Shown: positions 1-9,963, counted from the stretch's first letter. The stretch is 64,000 nucleotides of DNA from Bacteroidota bacterium (GCA_027620655.1 JAQCDS010000003.1:10449-74448); one strand, 5' to 3'. Notes: generated by a model not told the origin, from the sequence alone. Translations and numbers: made by a program.

Positions 1-135
1 GATATAAACGTGAAGTCGTTCTGCATGAGAATACTTTAAACTATTGTCTTCTTTTATACAAACAGTCTCACCATCCTTTGCAAGTGCAACAGAACAGTTT
101 GTTGTAGAAGTTTCAATATTTAAAATATATTTCAT
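1..135 (-). CDS. tsaB: tRNA threonylcarbamoyladenosine biosynthesis protein TsaB, N-terminal part (runs off window)
   Basis: Manual translation from ATG at 135: MKYILNIETSTTNCSVALAKDGETVCIKEDNSLKYSHAERLHVYI; ILxIETST..CSVAL and SHAExL are TsaB/YeaZ motifs. Confidence 0.9.
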   Translation of the reverse strand, partial: MKYILNIETSTTNCSVALAKDGETVCIKEDNSLKYSHAERLHVYI

Positions 136-136
136 A

Positions 137-1450
137 TTACAATGCTAGTGATTTTCCGAGAAAAAAATCTAAAACTTTTGTTTTAAAAACAAAATCATAT
201 TTAGCCCTCACAAGACTAGATTGTGCATTTATAAGTTGTACTCTATTTTGGTCCAAATCAAATGCATTGAGCGCTCCAATGTTGTAACGCTCCTGAGCAT
301 TTTCAAAAGAAAGTTGCCTTGAGGCTACTGATTTTTGAGCAGAAACATACGTTTTTAAAGCGGCTTTGGCATCTGTAAAAGCTCTTTGAATGTTACTTTC
401 CAAATCTAGTTTTGCTTGATCCAACGCCAATTTTCTGTTTTCAATCTGAATGGAAGATTTAGCCAAATTGGTTTTATTTTGATATCTTGAAAAGATAGGA
501 ATGTTTAGGTTTACATTAAAACTATGTCCTTTATTATCATTAAACTGTTGAAAAAAGGAATTGGAACTATTAAGGTTAGAAAAATTTGCTCCTGTATTGA
601 GTCCATATCCAAAGGTAACGGTTGGATAGAATCCACTTTTTGAAATTTCTCTGCCCAACTCTGCAGATTCAATATTTTTTTCTGCAACTTTTATCTCACT
701 TCTGTTTTTGAAAGCATGTTCCAAAATAGGCTGAACATTATCATACATCAGCGCTTCCGAAGGGGCATCAAGTTCAATAATTTCTACATCAAATCCATCA
801 AATGGAACTTGTAAAGTTTGAGATAATGATAAAAGGGCTAAGGTATAATTGTTTTGAGCCACAGTAAGTTGTTGTTCGTCATTAGCAAGTGTAGCTTCAG
901 AATCAAACACGTTTGCTTGTGGTTGAGTTCCAGCCGCTACCAACTCTTTGAATCGTTTGAGTTGATCTACAGAAAATTGAAATTGTGCTTGTGCAATAAT
1001 TAGATTTTCTTTATTCAATAGCACATTCAAATAAGAGTTCACAACATTCAGTGCAACATTGTCTCTTATTCGATTGTACTCCTCTTCATTTGCTTCTTTG
1101 TTTATTAAAGATTGCTTGTAAACATTAGTGTTTCTAAAACCATTAAAAATGGTTTGTGAAAGATTGACCCCAAGGTTTGTTGAGTGAAAAGTTCGATCTA
1201 CAAAATTGCCATCAAAAACCTCAACATTTCCAAGATTTAAACGTTGTGATCCGTTGATTGAAAGTGAAGGCAAAAAATTCCCTTTTGCTGCAATAATATC
1301 CTGATCATTAGTGAGTAAAGAATTTTCACTTTGCTTTACAGCAATATTATTTTGCAAAGCGTGGTCTACACATGCTTTCAAGGTCCATTTTTTCTGAGCC
1401 GTTGTTGTGAATGTACAAAATGTACAAATCAATAGGAGTAGGTGTTTCAT
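137..1450 (-). CDS. TolC-family outer membrane efflux protein
   Basis: Start moved to MKHLLLLICTF (signal peptide, ATG at 1450); WTLxxCVDHALQNN and OEP-type helical repeats; last efflux gene of the operon. Confidence 0.9.
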   Translation of the reverse strand: MKHLLLLICTFCTFTTTAQKKWTLKACVDHALQNNIAVKQSENSLLTNDQDIIAAKGNFLPSLSINGSQRLNLGNVEVFDGNFVDRTFHSTNLGVNLSQTIFNGFRNTNVYKQSLINKEANEEEYNRIRDNVALNVVNSYLNVLLNKENLIIAQAQFQFSVDQLKRFKELVAAGTQPQANVFDSEATLANDEQQLTVAQNNYTLALLSLSQTLQVPFDGFDVEIIELDAPSEALMYDNVQPILEHAFKNRSEIKVAEKNIESAELGREISKSGFYPTVTFGYGLNTGANFSNLNSSNSFFQQFNDNKGHSFNVNLNIPIFSRYQNKTNLAKSSIQIENRKLALDQAKLDLESNIQRAFTDAKAALKTYVSAQKSVASRQLSFENAQERYNIGALNAFDLDQNRVQLINAQSSLVRAKYDFVFKTKVLDFFLGKSLAL

Positions 1451-1469
1451 TATTGTATTGATTTGAAAG

Positions 1470-2597
1470 TTAGTCATTATCCTCTTCATTATCTTCATTG
1501 TTTTCTTCAGAAGCTTTATTCCAAACTTTAATCTTGTCGGTTTCTTCAATACCATCAGTAATTTCAACATTGATGCCATCAGAAATTCCAATTTCTACAT
1601 TCTTCTTTCTAAATGTTTCATTGTCGTTTAGAATTTCTACAAAAGGTTTTTCTGTTATTCTGTTAAATTGAAGTAACGCCTCTTTTATGACCATAATACT
1701 ATCTTTACTTTCTACCTCAATTTCTGCATTGGCACTGTAGCCTGCACGAATTTTATTGCTTGACTCTACTTCAACATCTGCTTTAATGACAAACTGAACT
1801 GCACCAGCTTCCTCAACTCCTTTTGGCGCAACAAAAGTGAGTTTTGCTGGAAATTCTTTTTCATTGATGGCACCAAGAACAACCTTAATTTGTTTGCCTT
1901 CTTCCAGTTTTCCTACTTCCGATTCATCAACTTTACCCTCAAAAATCATCTTACTCATATCAGCAATAGTTGCAATGGTTGTACCCGCATTAAAATTATT
2001 ACTTTCAATGACTTGATCTCCCTCTCGAACTGGAATTTCTAATATTGTCCCCGAAATTTGAGCAACAATGTTGGTGTTGGCAGAGCCCCCTCCAGAAATA
2101 GAACCTTGTCTAATGATTTGATAATCGTTTTGCGCTTGATTATAATTTTCTTCCGCTTGATTCAAACTCAATTCGCTGTTTTCAAAATCTTGTCTAGAAA
2201 TCACGCCTTTGTCATAAAGGACTTTGTTTCTATCATACAAGGTTTTTGAATTATTAAAAGACAGTCTTGCTGTTTTAATTCGACTTTGAGCACTTACCAA
2301 AGCTTGTTCATTTGGAACAACTCGAATTTTGGCAATCAAATCGCCTTTTTGAACCAAATCGCCTTCTTCAACTAGGATTCTATCAACAATTCCAGAGATT
2401 TGAGGTTTTAGTTCAATTTCTTCTTCGGGGTTTAATTTTCCTGTAGCTACAATTTTAGTATCTAAAGTTGTATAAAATGGTAGTTCTGTTTTGTAATCTA
2501 CCACTTCTTTCGTATTTGAATCTTTAAAGTATTTTAATACAAATACTAAAAGTAAGAGTAATACAATTCCTAAAATAATTTTTACTGTTTTATTCAT
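1470..2597 (-). CDS. Efflux periplasmic adaptor (MacA/HlyD-like MFP)
   Basis: N-terminal TM anchor; IKPQISGIVDRILVEEGDLV lipoyl-like half motif; coiled-coil hairpin. Confidence 0.9.
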   Translation of the reverse strand: MNKTVKIILGIVLLLLLVFVLKYFKDSNTKEVVDYKTELPFYTTLDTKIVATGKLNPEEEIELKPQISGIVDRILVEEGDLVQKGDLIAKIRVVPNEQALVSAQSRIKTARLSFNNSKTLYDRNKVLYDKGVISRQDFENSELSLNQAEENYNQAQNDYQIIRQGSISGGGSANTNIVAQISGTILEIPVREGDQVIESNNFNAGTTIATIADMSKMIFEGKVDESEVGKLEEGKQIKVVLGAINEKEFPAKLTFVAPKGVEEAGAVQFVIKADVEVESSNKIRAGYSANAEIEVESKDSIMVIKEALLQFNRITEKPFVEILNDNETFRKKNVEIGISDGINVEITDGIEETDKIKVWNKASEENNEDNEEDND

Positions 2598-2610
2598 TTT
2601 TATAATTTAT

Positions 2611-3855
2611 TTATTCTTCTCTTAATGCTTCTATTGGTTTGACACTTGTTGCTTTAAAAGCTGGAATCAAACCAATTAATGTCCCTAAAATGACGAGGAT
2701 GATAAGGGCCACAAAAATTATGGATATAGATACTGAGGCGTTTACTAATGTTGCATCGTCACCTTGTCCCCATACAAGATCTATGACAATTAAAATCCAC
2801 CCTCCTGAAATGATTCCTAATAATCCAGAAGTCATCGTTAAAAATACCGCTTCAACAACAATTTGACGTTTGATTTCAAAAGGGGTAGCACCTAGTGCCC
2901 GTCGTACACCTATTTCCTTGGTGCGCTCTTTTACTGTTATGAGCAATATGTTTCCAATTGCAAAAACACCTGCTATTAGCGTAGATATTCCAACAAACCA
3001 TGTTAAAAATTGCATCCCCGTTAAAAATCCTGTGATTTTTTTAAACTCTTTACCAAGATTAAAACTTCCAAATGCTCTTTTGTCTCGAGGATGTATTTTA
3101 TTTAAATTTCTTAACAACAATTTAGTGTCTTCTTCTATTTGTTTGATATTATACTCTGGTTTTCCAGTAATTACAATCCAACCAATTTTATCTCCTTGAT
3201 TGTAAAGCTGTTGAAAGGTTGAAAATGGAATATGAATGTCGCTAGTAGGCCCCATGTTGACATTACCATTTTGAAACACACCAATGACCGTAAAATTAAT
3301 ACTGTTCATTTGTATGTATGCTCCTATTGGATTTTCATCTTTATCGAAAAGTTGTTTAAATATATCTTCCGAAATAACAGCGACTTTTTTATTTTCATTA
3401 ATATCATTTTGATTGATAAAGCGCCCTTTCATCATTTTCTTTTTTTGGACCTGATCTAAAAGGGGGTAATCACCATCAATTCCATAAGTCCCTGAAAGAA
3501 AATTTCGAGCTACCAAGCCTTGATTACGATTTCTTGGTACTACAAACTCTACGCCTTCTACGTTGTCTTTTATTTTATTGACATGGCTCAATTTGAGGCG
3601 GACTTGCTTTCCTTCCTGAAAACCCTTGAATGGCATACTAGTACTTTGCCCCCAAACAAAAACACTATTTGTTGCAAAGTCTCCAAAGAGACGATTAAAA
3701 GAGTTTTCCATTCCTCGTGCAGCGCCCAAAAGTGCGATTAAAAGTAAAATCCCCCACCATACACCTACCATTGTAATTGCAGTGCGTAATTTATTCTTAG
3801 TCACACTGTCGTAGACTTCTTGCCATGTATCTCTTTGAAATAAAAATTTTATCAT
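2611..3855 (-). CDS. ABC transporter permease (MacB/FtsX family)
   Basis: VKERTKEIGVRRALGA motif; 4-TM layout; ends PIEALREE. Confidence 0.9.
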   Translation of the reverse strand: MIKFLFQRDTWQEVYDSVTKNKLRTAITMVGVWWGILLLIALLGAARGMENSFNRLFGDFATNSVFVWGQSTSMPFKGFQEGKQVRLKLSHVNKIKDNVEGVEFVVPRNRNQGLVARNFLSGTYGIDGDYPLLDQVQKKKMMKGRFINQNDINENKKVAVISEDIFKQLFDKDENPIGAYIQMNSINFTVIGVFQNGNVNMGPTSDIHIPFSTFQQLYNQGDKIGWIVITGKPEYNIKQIEEDTKLLLRNLNKIHPRDKRAFGSFNLGKEFKKITGFLTGMQFLTWFVGISTLIAGVFAIGNILLITVKERTKEIGVRRALGATPFEIKRQIVVEAVFLTMTSGLLGIISGGWILIVIDLVWGQGDDATLVNASVSISIIFVALIILVILGTLIGLIPAFKATSVKPIEALREE

Positions 3856-3856
3856 G

Positions 3857-5086
3857 CTAATCGTCTCTTAGTGCTATAATAGGTTTTATTTTTGAGGCTT
3901 TTTTTGCTGGAACATATCCTGCCAATGTTCCTGCCGCAATTAGTGTAAATGTTGCAGCGATCACTAACGATTGACTTACGCTTGGGTTGGTTATAAAGTA
4001 GGATTTTAGGCTTGGCCCTACCCATTCTAACACCCCTACTCCAACCAAAAGGCCTAAATATCCAGCAATGGTTGTAATTAATATAGATTCAATCAATATT
4101 ATAGAAATGATCGCTGGTGGAGATGCACCCAATGCTTTTCTAATCCCAATTTCTTTGGTACGTTCCTTGACAATAAAAATCATAATATTGCTAATTCCAA
4201 CAATTCCAGCAATGAGAGTCCCCATCCCTATAATCAAAATTAAAATTCCCAATACAGAAGTCATTTGATTGATCCCTTTGTTTTGCATGGCCATATTGAA
4301 AACTCGAATGGCTCTTTGATCATTTTTGGCTACAGAAAAACGCTCTTTCAATTTCTTTTCTAAATCTAAACTAAAGTCAATGGCTTGATCATAATTATAT
4401 TTTGGGTTGTAGGTTAGATTGATTTGATCGACATAATCGTTATTTCCGTAGATGAGCTGTGCGGTGGTTAACGGCATATAAATGATGCGCTCTTCATCAT
4501 CTCCCCCATCATCTTTAAACACACCAACAACCTGATATGGAATACCACTCAAATTAATGTATTTGCCTAATGGATCTTCTTTTAAAAATAAATCTTGTCG
4601 CACCAAATCTCCAATAACAATTGTTCTCGTTCGAGCCTTCATATCAAGTTGGTTAATGTAGCGCCCTTGTGTTACTTTTGTTTTCTCTAAGTATTGATGG
4701 TCTGGATGAACAGCCCTTAAAGAATAATCGTTTTTTTCGTTTTTGTAGCTTGCAGATGCATTTCTATATATTCTTGAGGTAATAAATTCAATACTGGGTT
4801 CAAAATCCGATTTGATATAATCATAATCTTTGTTTTTAAATTGAATCTTGCGGCCTGCTTGAAGTCCTTTGTTGGCCTTAGTCGTTCGGCCAGAACGAAT
4901 AATGACAGCGTTTGCAGCATCGTCCACAAACGCTTCTGAAAACGTATTATTTAGCCCGTTGGCAAGGCCAAAAAGAATAGTAAACAAAAGAATAGCAAAT
5001 GCAACCGTAAATCCAGAAAGCAAACTTCGTGTTCGGTTTTTGTTAATGCTTTGAAAGATTTCTCGCCAAAGATCAATATCAAACAT
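3857..5086 (-). CDS. ABC transporter permease (MacB/FtsX family)
   Basis: VKERTKEIGIRKALGA motif; paralog of the adjacent permease. Confidence 0.9.
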   Translation of the reverse strand: MFDIDLWREIFQSINKNRTRSLLSGFTVAFAILLFTILFGLANGLNNTFSEAFVDDAANAVIIRSGRTTKANKGLQAGRKIQFKNKDYDYIKSDFEPSIEFITSRIYRNASASYKNEKNDYSLRAVHPDHQYLEKTKVTQGRYINQLDMKARTRTIVIGDLVRQDLFLKEDPLGKYINLSGIPYQVVGVFKDDGGDDEERIIYMPLTTAQLIYGNNDYVDQINLTYNPKYNYDQAIDFSLDLEKKLKERFSVAKNDQRAIRVFNMAMQNKGINQMTSVLGILILIIGMGTLIAGIVGISNIMIFIVKERTKEIGIRKALGASPPAIISIILIESILITTIAGYLGLLVGVGVLEWVGPSLKSYFITNPSVSQSLVIAATFTLIAAGTLAGYVPAKKASKIKPIIALRDD

Positions 5087-5780
5087 GTGCTTCTGCTCTT
5101 ACTTGTTGTACAACATTGTCTTCCATAATCACACCATCTTTTAGGCGTACAATACGCTTACACATTGCAGCAATATCCTCTTCATGGGTTACAATCAATA
5201 TGGTTTTCCCTTCATCATTAAGTTGCTGTAAAAACGCCATAATATCATAAGAGGTTGTGGTATCTAAAGCTCCTGTTGGCTCATCAGCTAAAAGAAGTTT
5301 TGGTTCGGAGGCCAATGCTCTTGCAATAGCAACACGCTGTTTTTGACCACCAGATAACTCGCTAGGTAAGTGTGTTGCCCAATCTAAAAGCCCTACTTTT
5401 TCCAAATGAAACTTGGCTTTTTCTTGACGCTTTTTGCGTTTCAACCCTTGATAATACAGTGGTAAGGCAACGTTTTCCAATGCATTTTTATAATTAATCA
5501 AATTAAACGATTGAAAAATAAATCCTAAAAATTTATTTCTGTAAACCGCTGCTTTCTTCTCTGTAAGATTTTTAATAGGAACTTCGTCAAGAATATAATC
5601 TCCTTCATCAGCCTCATCAAGCATTCCAATAATATTGAGGAGTGTAGATTTTCCAGAGCCAGAAGATCCCATTATGGCGACCATCTCGCCTTTTTCTACA
5701 GAAAGATCAATCCCTTTTAATACATGAAGACTAGAATCTCCTATTGGATAAGATTTGTGAAGCTTCTGAATTTTTAACAT
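5079..5780 (-). CDS. ABC transporter ATP-binding protein (MacB/LolD-like)
   Basis: Walker A GSSGSGKST, signature LSGGQKQR, Walker B LLLADEPTGALD. Confidence 0.95.
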   Translation of the reverse strand: MLKIQKLHKSYPIGDSSLHVLKGIDLSVEKGEMVAIMGSSGSGKSTLLNIIGMLDEADEGDYILDEVPIKNLTEKKAAVYRNKFLGFIFQSFNLINYKNALENVALPLYYQGLKRKKRQEKAKFHLEKVGLLDWATHLPSELSGGQKQRVAIARALASEPKLLLADEPTGALDTTTSYDIMAFLQQLNDEGKTILIVTHEEDIAAMCKRIVRLKDGVIMEDNVVQQVRAEAHV

Positions 5781-5812
5781 GATAATTTTTGCTTCTTAAG
5801 TGATATTGGTAT

Positions 5813-5838
5813 GACGAAATATCTCTTCTTTTGTTACA
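5813..5838 (-). promoter_or_regulatory. Putative ECF sigma-factor promoter of the efflux operon
   Basis: Minus strand TGTAAC (5838-5833), 16 nt spacer, CGTC (5816-5813), about 30 nt before the ATG at 5780. Confidence 0.6.
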
Positions 5839-6007
5839 GTTTTTTTTAGAAAAATAAACCGAATTTTTAATTCTAATGATTGTATTAAAAAAATTTAATC
5901 AGTTTTTGTGTTTTATTTATTTTTTCCTTTATATTTATTTTCAACTTTTTTTGTAATGCCCAACACTAAAAGTCGTAAAACTTATCATTTAAAAACAGAT
6001 CCTACTT

Positions 6008-6235
6008 ATGGCCTCCAAAGAAGCAAAAGAATTATTACTTGAAAAATTAAGCACTCTAATTAAAACTATTCGAAAAAGTAGAAACCTATCTCAAAAAGCG
6101 ATGGCCGAAAAATGTGGTATGGATTTCTCTAGTTATTCAAACATCGAAAATGGCAAACGCAATGTTACTGTTTTTACGCTTCAAAGAATCATAAACGTGT
6201 TTAAAATATCATTTAATGAGCTTTTTAACTTCTAG
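6008..6235 (+). CDS. XRE-family helix-turn-helix transcriptional regulator
   Basis: IRKSRNLSQKAMAEKCGMDFSSYSNIENGKRNVT is an HTH_3 pattern. Confidence 0.85.
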   Translation: MASKEAKELLLEKLSTLIKTIRKSRNLSQKAMAEKCGMDFSSYSNIENGKRNVTVFTLQRIINVFKISFNELFNF

Positions 6236-6453
6236 GAATTACTAGAATTTTTTCTCATATATCTGTATAAAAATAGGGCTAGTCCACCAATAAGAATGTA
6301 GGGTATAACCATGAGATAAACAATGCCATCATTCACCCCTTTGGCGGTAGCTTGTCCGGCTTCACTTTCCAATACGGCTCTACACATTGCGCATTGAGCA
6401 TTGGTGTAAAAACCAAAACAAATTAAAAATAAATATGTAGAGATTTGTTTCAA
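6232..6453 (-). CDS. Small membrane protein with signal peptide and CxxC (AQCAMC) motif
   Basis: Signal-like N-terminus, CAMC, C-terminal TM helix; last gene of the oxidase assembly run. Confidence 0.75.
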   Translation of the reverse strand: MKQISTYLFLICFGFYTNAQCAMCRAVLESEAGQATAKGVNDGIVYLMVIPYILIGGLALFLYRYMRKNSSNS

Positions 6454-6456
6454 AAC

Positions 6457-6996
6457 TTAGACGTAATACGGAGCAATCATAAGATAAACAATAACTCCTG
6501 TAATGGCCACATAAAGCCAAACTGGATAGGCGTATTTTACAATTTTCTTATGAGCAACAAAATCACTCATATAAGCACGAACATAACTGTGAAGAACCAA
6601 AGGAATCACTATAACTGATAGTACAATATGAGAAATTAAAATAAAATAGTAAATGTATTTTATTGTGCCCTTACCTCCAAAAGGCGTTGGATCACTTGTC
6701 ATGTGATAGGCGACATACATTAGAAGAAAAACTAACGAACACGCCACTGCAGTCTTCATTAAGTTTTCATGTAAAGCTACTTTTTTGTTTTTTATGGCCC
6801 AAAGCGCTGCAAGTAGTAGTGCGGCTGTAATCCCATTTATAGACGCATAAATAGGTGGTAAAAATGTAAGCGCTTCAACGTTTGGAATTCGAATTCCAAA
6901 AAGCAATGCAACTACAACCGGAATGGTTATAGAAACAATATTGATCCACAATTTAAATTTCTTTTCTATTGGTTTTGGTGTGTTACTCATCTTCAA
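6457..6996 (-). CDS. DUF420 family membrane protein (CtaM-like oxidase assembly factor)
   Basis: 4 TMs with YVAYH, ILISHIVLS and YPVWLYVAITGVIVYLM motifs. Confidence 0.85.
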   Translation of the reverse strand: MKMSNTPKPIEKKFKLWINIVSITIPVVVALLFGIRIPNVEALTFLPPIYASINGITAALLLAALWAIKNKKVALHENLMKTAVACSLVFLLMYVAYHMTSDPTPFGGKGTIKYIYYFILISHIVLSVIVIPLVLHSYVRAYMSDFVAHKKIVKYAYPVWLYVAITGVIVYLMIAPYYV

Positions 6997-7729
6997 GTAA
7001 TTTTAAAATATCTTCTTTTAGTGCTGAAATTTCTTCAGATTCGCCCTCGTCATTTATTTGTTCTCTTTCGCTAATGATACCTTTATAATATATTTTTGGG
7101 TTGCCAAAATCATCTGTTCTAGAACGAATATACCCCTCTTGATCTATAAGTGCAAAATTTCCAGAATGCTCAAAACCTCCTGCTGCGCCTTCAACTTCTG
7201 CGGCATAGAGATTGAACCCTATATTAGCTAAATTATAAATATCTTCTTGCTGACCTGTTAAAAAATGCCAATTTGGATTGGTTACTCCATATTGATCTGC
7301 ATAATTTTTTAAGACCTCAACAGTATCATAATCTGGATTAATGGTAAAAGAGGCAATTCCAAAATCGTTGCGTTGAGGAAAGGTGTTTTGAATATCAACT
7401 AAATTTTGATTCATTTTTGGACAAATTGTTGGGCATGTTGTAAAGAAAAATTCTACTAAATACACTTTACCCTCAAAATCATTATTTGTGATAACTTTCC
7501 CATATTGATTGGTAAAACTAAAAGGCATTACCTTTTTTTGTTCGCCATTGATGACTAAATATGAAAGTTGTGTGTCATCTTTTGTTTGTAGTTTAACATA
7601 ATCGCTTCTACTCTCCACCCTTGTGACATCATTGTTTTGTATTCTGTCAATTATTTTTGGAATAAAAATAATCCCAAAAACAAGAACAATAAAGGCGATG
7701 CCTACGTATGAATAATTAGTTGATTTCAT
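6983..7729 (-). CDS. SCO1/SenC family copper chaperone
   Basis: FFFTTCPTICP (CxxxC), INPDYDT, HSGNFALID. Confidence 0.92.
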   Translation of the reverse strand: MKSTNYSYVGIAFIVLVFGIIFIPKIIDRIQNNDVTRVESRSDYVKLQTKDDTQLSYLVINGEQKKVMPFSFTNQYGKVITNNDFEGKVYLVEFFFTTCPTICPKMNQNLVDIQNTFPQRNDFGIASFTINPDYDTVEVLKNYADQYGVTNPNWHFLTGQQEDIYNLANIGFNLYAAEVEGAAGGFEHSGNFALIDQEGYIRSRTDDFGNPKIYYKGIISEREQINDEGESEEISALKEDILKLLEDE

Positions 7730-8435
7730 TGTTTAATAGATCTTCTGCCCTACGTGTGGTTGAACTAAAATTACCTTTTCGTTTTTGGCGATATTCTGTA
7801 AACAAAATGCGCATATCTTCACTCATTTTATTTTTCAACTCGGCAACTTCAAGAACATTATATGAGGGCATAGAATAAATTGGAAAATTTTCTTCTTTTT
7901 GCGCTTTTGTTCTATCATCCAAGCGCCCACGTTGATGTTTTTCTTTATCAATAATAAAGACATCATTGGAGGCCAAATCGGGACGAAGTGCCTCTGAAAT
8001 TTTTAGATTGGTATATGCTGCTTTGATATCATCAACTGATCCAAAAGCAAACGTCCAATACTCCAAAGGCTCAAAACTGTTGAGTTCTTTTTTTAATTCT
8101 TGTGCTTGCTGTTTTGCAGTTTCAGGTAATAAAATTATAATTTGAAAACGTTTAAATCCACGGAATTTATCATAAACCAATTCTTTTAAATTCAAAGCTC
8201 GAGTGGCATCATCCATAGGGTTCTCTCCTAAAAAACCAAGTACAGTCAAATGATTTTCTAAACGAACTTTACTTCCGCCTTCTGCTTGAAAATTACTGAG
8301 CTCAGGGATGTTGCTTTTAACGATATCAAGTGTGCTATAATTGTGTTTTGAGGGGTAAAGAAACAGCAAAAATAGTACTGGTAGAAAAAACAGTACAGAG
8401 AGCACCAAGGGTTTTTTAATTTTTGCAGTAATCAT
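7716..8435 (-). CDS. Membrane-anchored hypothetical protein, possibly a degenerate SCO-like fold
   Basis: N-terminal TM; VFIIDKEKHQRG resembles SCO FALIDQEGYIRS; no CxxxC. Confidence 0.7.
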   Translation of the reverse strand: MITAKIKKPLVLSVLFFLPVLFLLFLYPSKHNYSTLDIVKSNIPELSNFQAEGGSKVRLENHLTVLGFLGENPMDDATRALNLKELVYDKFRGFKRFQIIILLPETAKQQAQELKKELNSFEPLEYWTFAFGSVDDIKAAYTNLKISEALRPDLASNDVFIIDKEKHQRGRLDDRTKAQKEENFPIYSMPSYNVLEVAELKNKMSEDMRILFTEYRQKRKGNFSSTTRRAEDLLNNEIN

Positions 8436-8446
8436 AGCACAAAAGT

Positions 8447-8479
8447 AAAAAAGACGGTTATAATTAACCGTCTTTATTT
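8447..8479 (-). terminator. Intrinsic terminator after the subunit IV gene
   Basis: AAAGACGGTTA-taat-TAACCGTCTTT stem with U tract on the minus strand. Confidence 0.7.
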
Positions 8480-8499
8480 ACATAATATATTCTTAATTT

Positions 8500-8943
8500 T
8501 TAAAAATCTCTTTTGACATAGCCATTGGTATAAACAGACTCAATATAGCCCCCTTCTTGAAGCAAAATGAATACTAAGTAACATATAAGGAAAACTGCTG
8601 TCCAAACAACTAATCTTCGGAGCGCTTTTGTTTCATCGCGCATGTGCATAAAATCCCAAGTGATATAGTAGGCTTTTATAATGGTTAGTACGATGAATAT
8701 TAAATTTAAACTTTTAGTATAAATAAATGCCGAAAAGATAATGTTTAGGAGTGTTGCTCCAAGACCTCTCTCAAATGGGGTCATTGATGGGCTCATAAGA
8801 ACTTCTGGTTTATAAATACCAAGAGCAACTTCCACAGCTGTTACAATGGTAAGCAATAGAAGTACTCCCCAAATTTTTTGAGTATTGGATTTAAATTTTA
8901 TTAACCCTCTGAAAATTTCTAATTTATGTGCGTGATCTGCCAT
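8500..8943 (-). CDS. Cytochrome c oxidase subunit IV family protein
   Basis: LTIVTAVEV...KAYYITWDFMHMRDE motif. Confidence 0.88.
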   Translation of the reverse strand: MADHAHKLEIFRGLIKFKSNTQKIWGVLLLLTIVTAVEVALGIYKPEVLMSPSMTPFERGLGATLLNIIFSAFIYTKSLNLIFIVLTIIKAYYITWDFMHMRDETKALRRLVVWTAVFLICYLVFILLQEGGYIESVYTNGYVKRDF

Positions 8944-8961
8944 TTTTAAAAAATTATTATA

Positions 8962-9963
8962 TTAAACAAGGTAGAAGAATGTAAACACAAATACCCATAC
9001 CAAATCTACAAAGTGCCAGTAAAGCCCTACTTTTTCAACCATTTCATAATTTTTTCTACGCTCGTATGTTCCAATAATAACATTAAAGAAAATAATGATA
9101 TTAATGACAACTCCAGAAAATACGTGAAATCCGTGAAACCCTGTAATAAAGAAGAAAAAGTCTGCAAATAATGGTGTCCCATATTCATTGACTTCCAAAT
9201 TGGCTCCTTTTACATAACGCTTCCCATTAGCTTTCAATTGTGCTAAGGATTCTTCTCTTGATAAAACTGTTTTTTCTCCTTCTTCATTAATGGTTTGAGT
9301 GCGTACCAAAATGTTTGGATGTGACTCTAATCCATGATAAATATCTTCTACAGAATAGGCTGGTAAAGCGCTTTCATCTACAAACCAAAGTCCATTTTTG
9401 TTTTGGTGTTGTGTGCGTTCGGTGTGAGCGGCTACGGCAAATTCTTCTACGGCTACTCTTTTAAAAACATCTTCGCCATCTACATTTTTGTACTCGCCAA
9501 ACTGTAGAATATTTCCTCCTTTTGTTTGCACAGCACCATAATCTCCTTGAATAAATGTTGCCCATTCCCATGCTTGAGATCCTACAAATATGATTCCACC
9601 AATAATTGTAAAAAACATGTACCATATGACTTTGTTTTTTTGCATTTGATGTCCTGCATCAACCGCTAGCACCATTGTTACGGATGACATAATCAGTACA
9701 AACGTCATAAAAGCAACATAAATCATAGGGAGTTCTTGGCCATGTAAAAAAGGAACGTGTGTAAAAACCTCATCAGCAATAGGCCAATAGTCTATAAATT
9801 TAAATCGTGAAAATCCATAAGCGGCCAAAAAGCCAGAAAATGTTAAAGCATCTGAAACAATGAAAAACCACATCATCATTTTTCCATAACTTGCTTTTAG
9901 TGGCTGATTGCCTCCGCCCCAAGTTTTCCCTTCTGTTCCTGTGCTAACTACCGTAGAATTCAT
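8962..9963 (-). CDS. Cytochrome c oxidase subunit III
   Basis: MMWFFIVSD, TGFHGFHV and GLYWHFVDLVW motifs. Confidence 0.92.
   Translation of the reverse strand: MNSTVVSTGTEGKTWGGGNQPLKASYGKMMMWFFIVSDALTFSGFLAAYGFSRFKFIDYWPIADEVFTHVPFLHGQELPMIYVAFMTFVLIMSSVTMVLAVDAGHQMQKNKVIWYMFFTIIGGIIFVGSQAWEWATFIQGDYGAVQTKGGNILQFGEYKNVDGEDVFKRVAVEEFAVAAHTERTQHQNKNGLWFVDESALPAYSVEDIYHGLESHPNILVRTQTINEEGEKTVLSREESLAQLKANGKRYVKGANLEVNEYGTPLFADFFFFITGFHGFHVFSGVVINIIIFFNVIIGTYERRKNYEMVEKVGLYWHFVDLVWVFVFTFFYLV

Noticed and set aside
1451..1591. N-terminal extension of the TolC ORF
   Set aside because: Overlaps the adaptor gene in another frame; the signal peptide starts at ATG 1450
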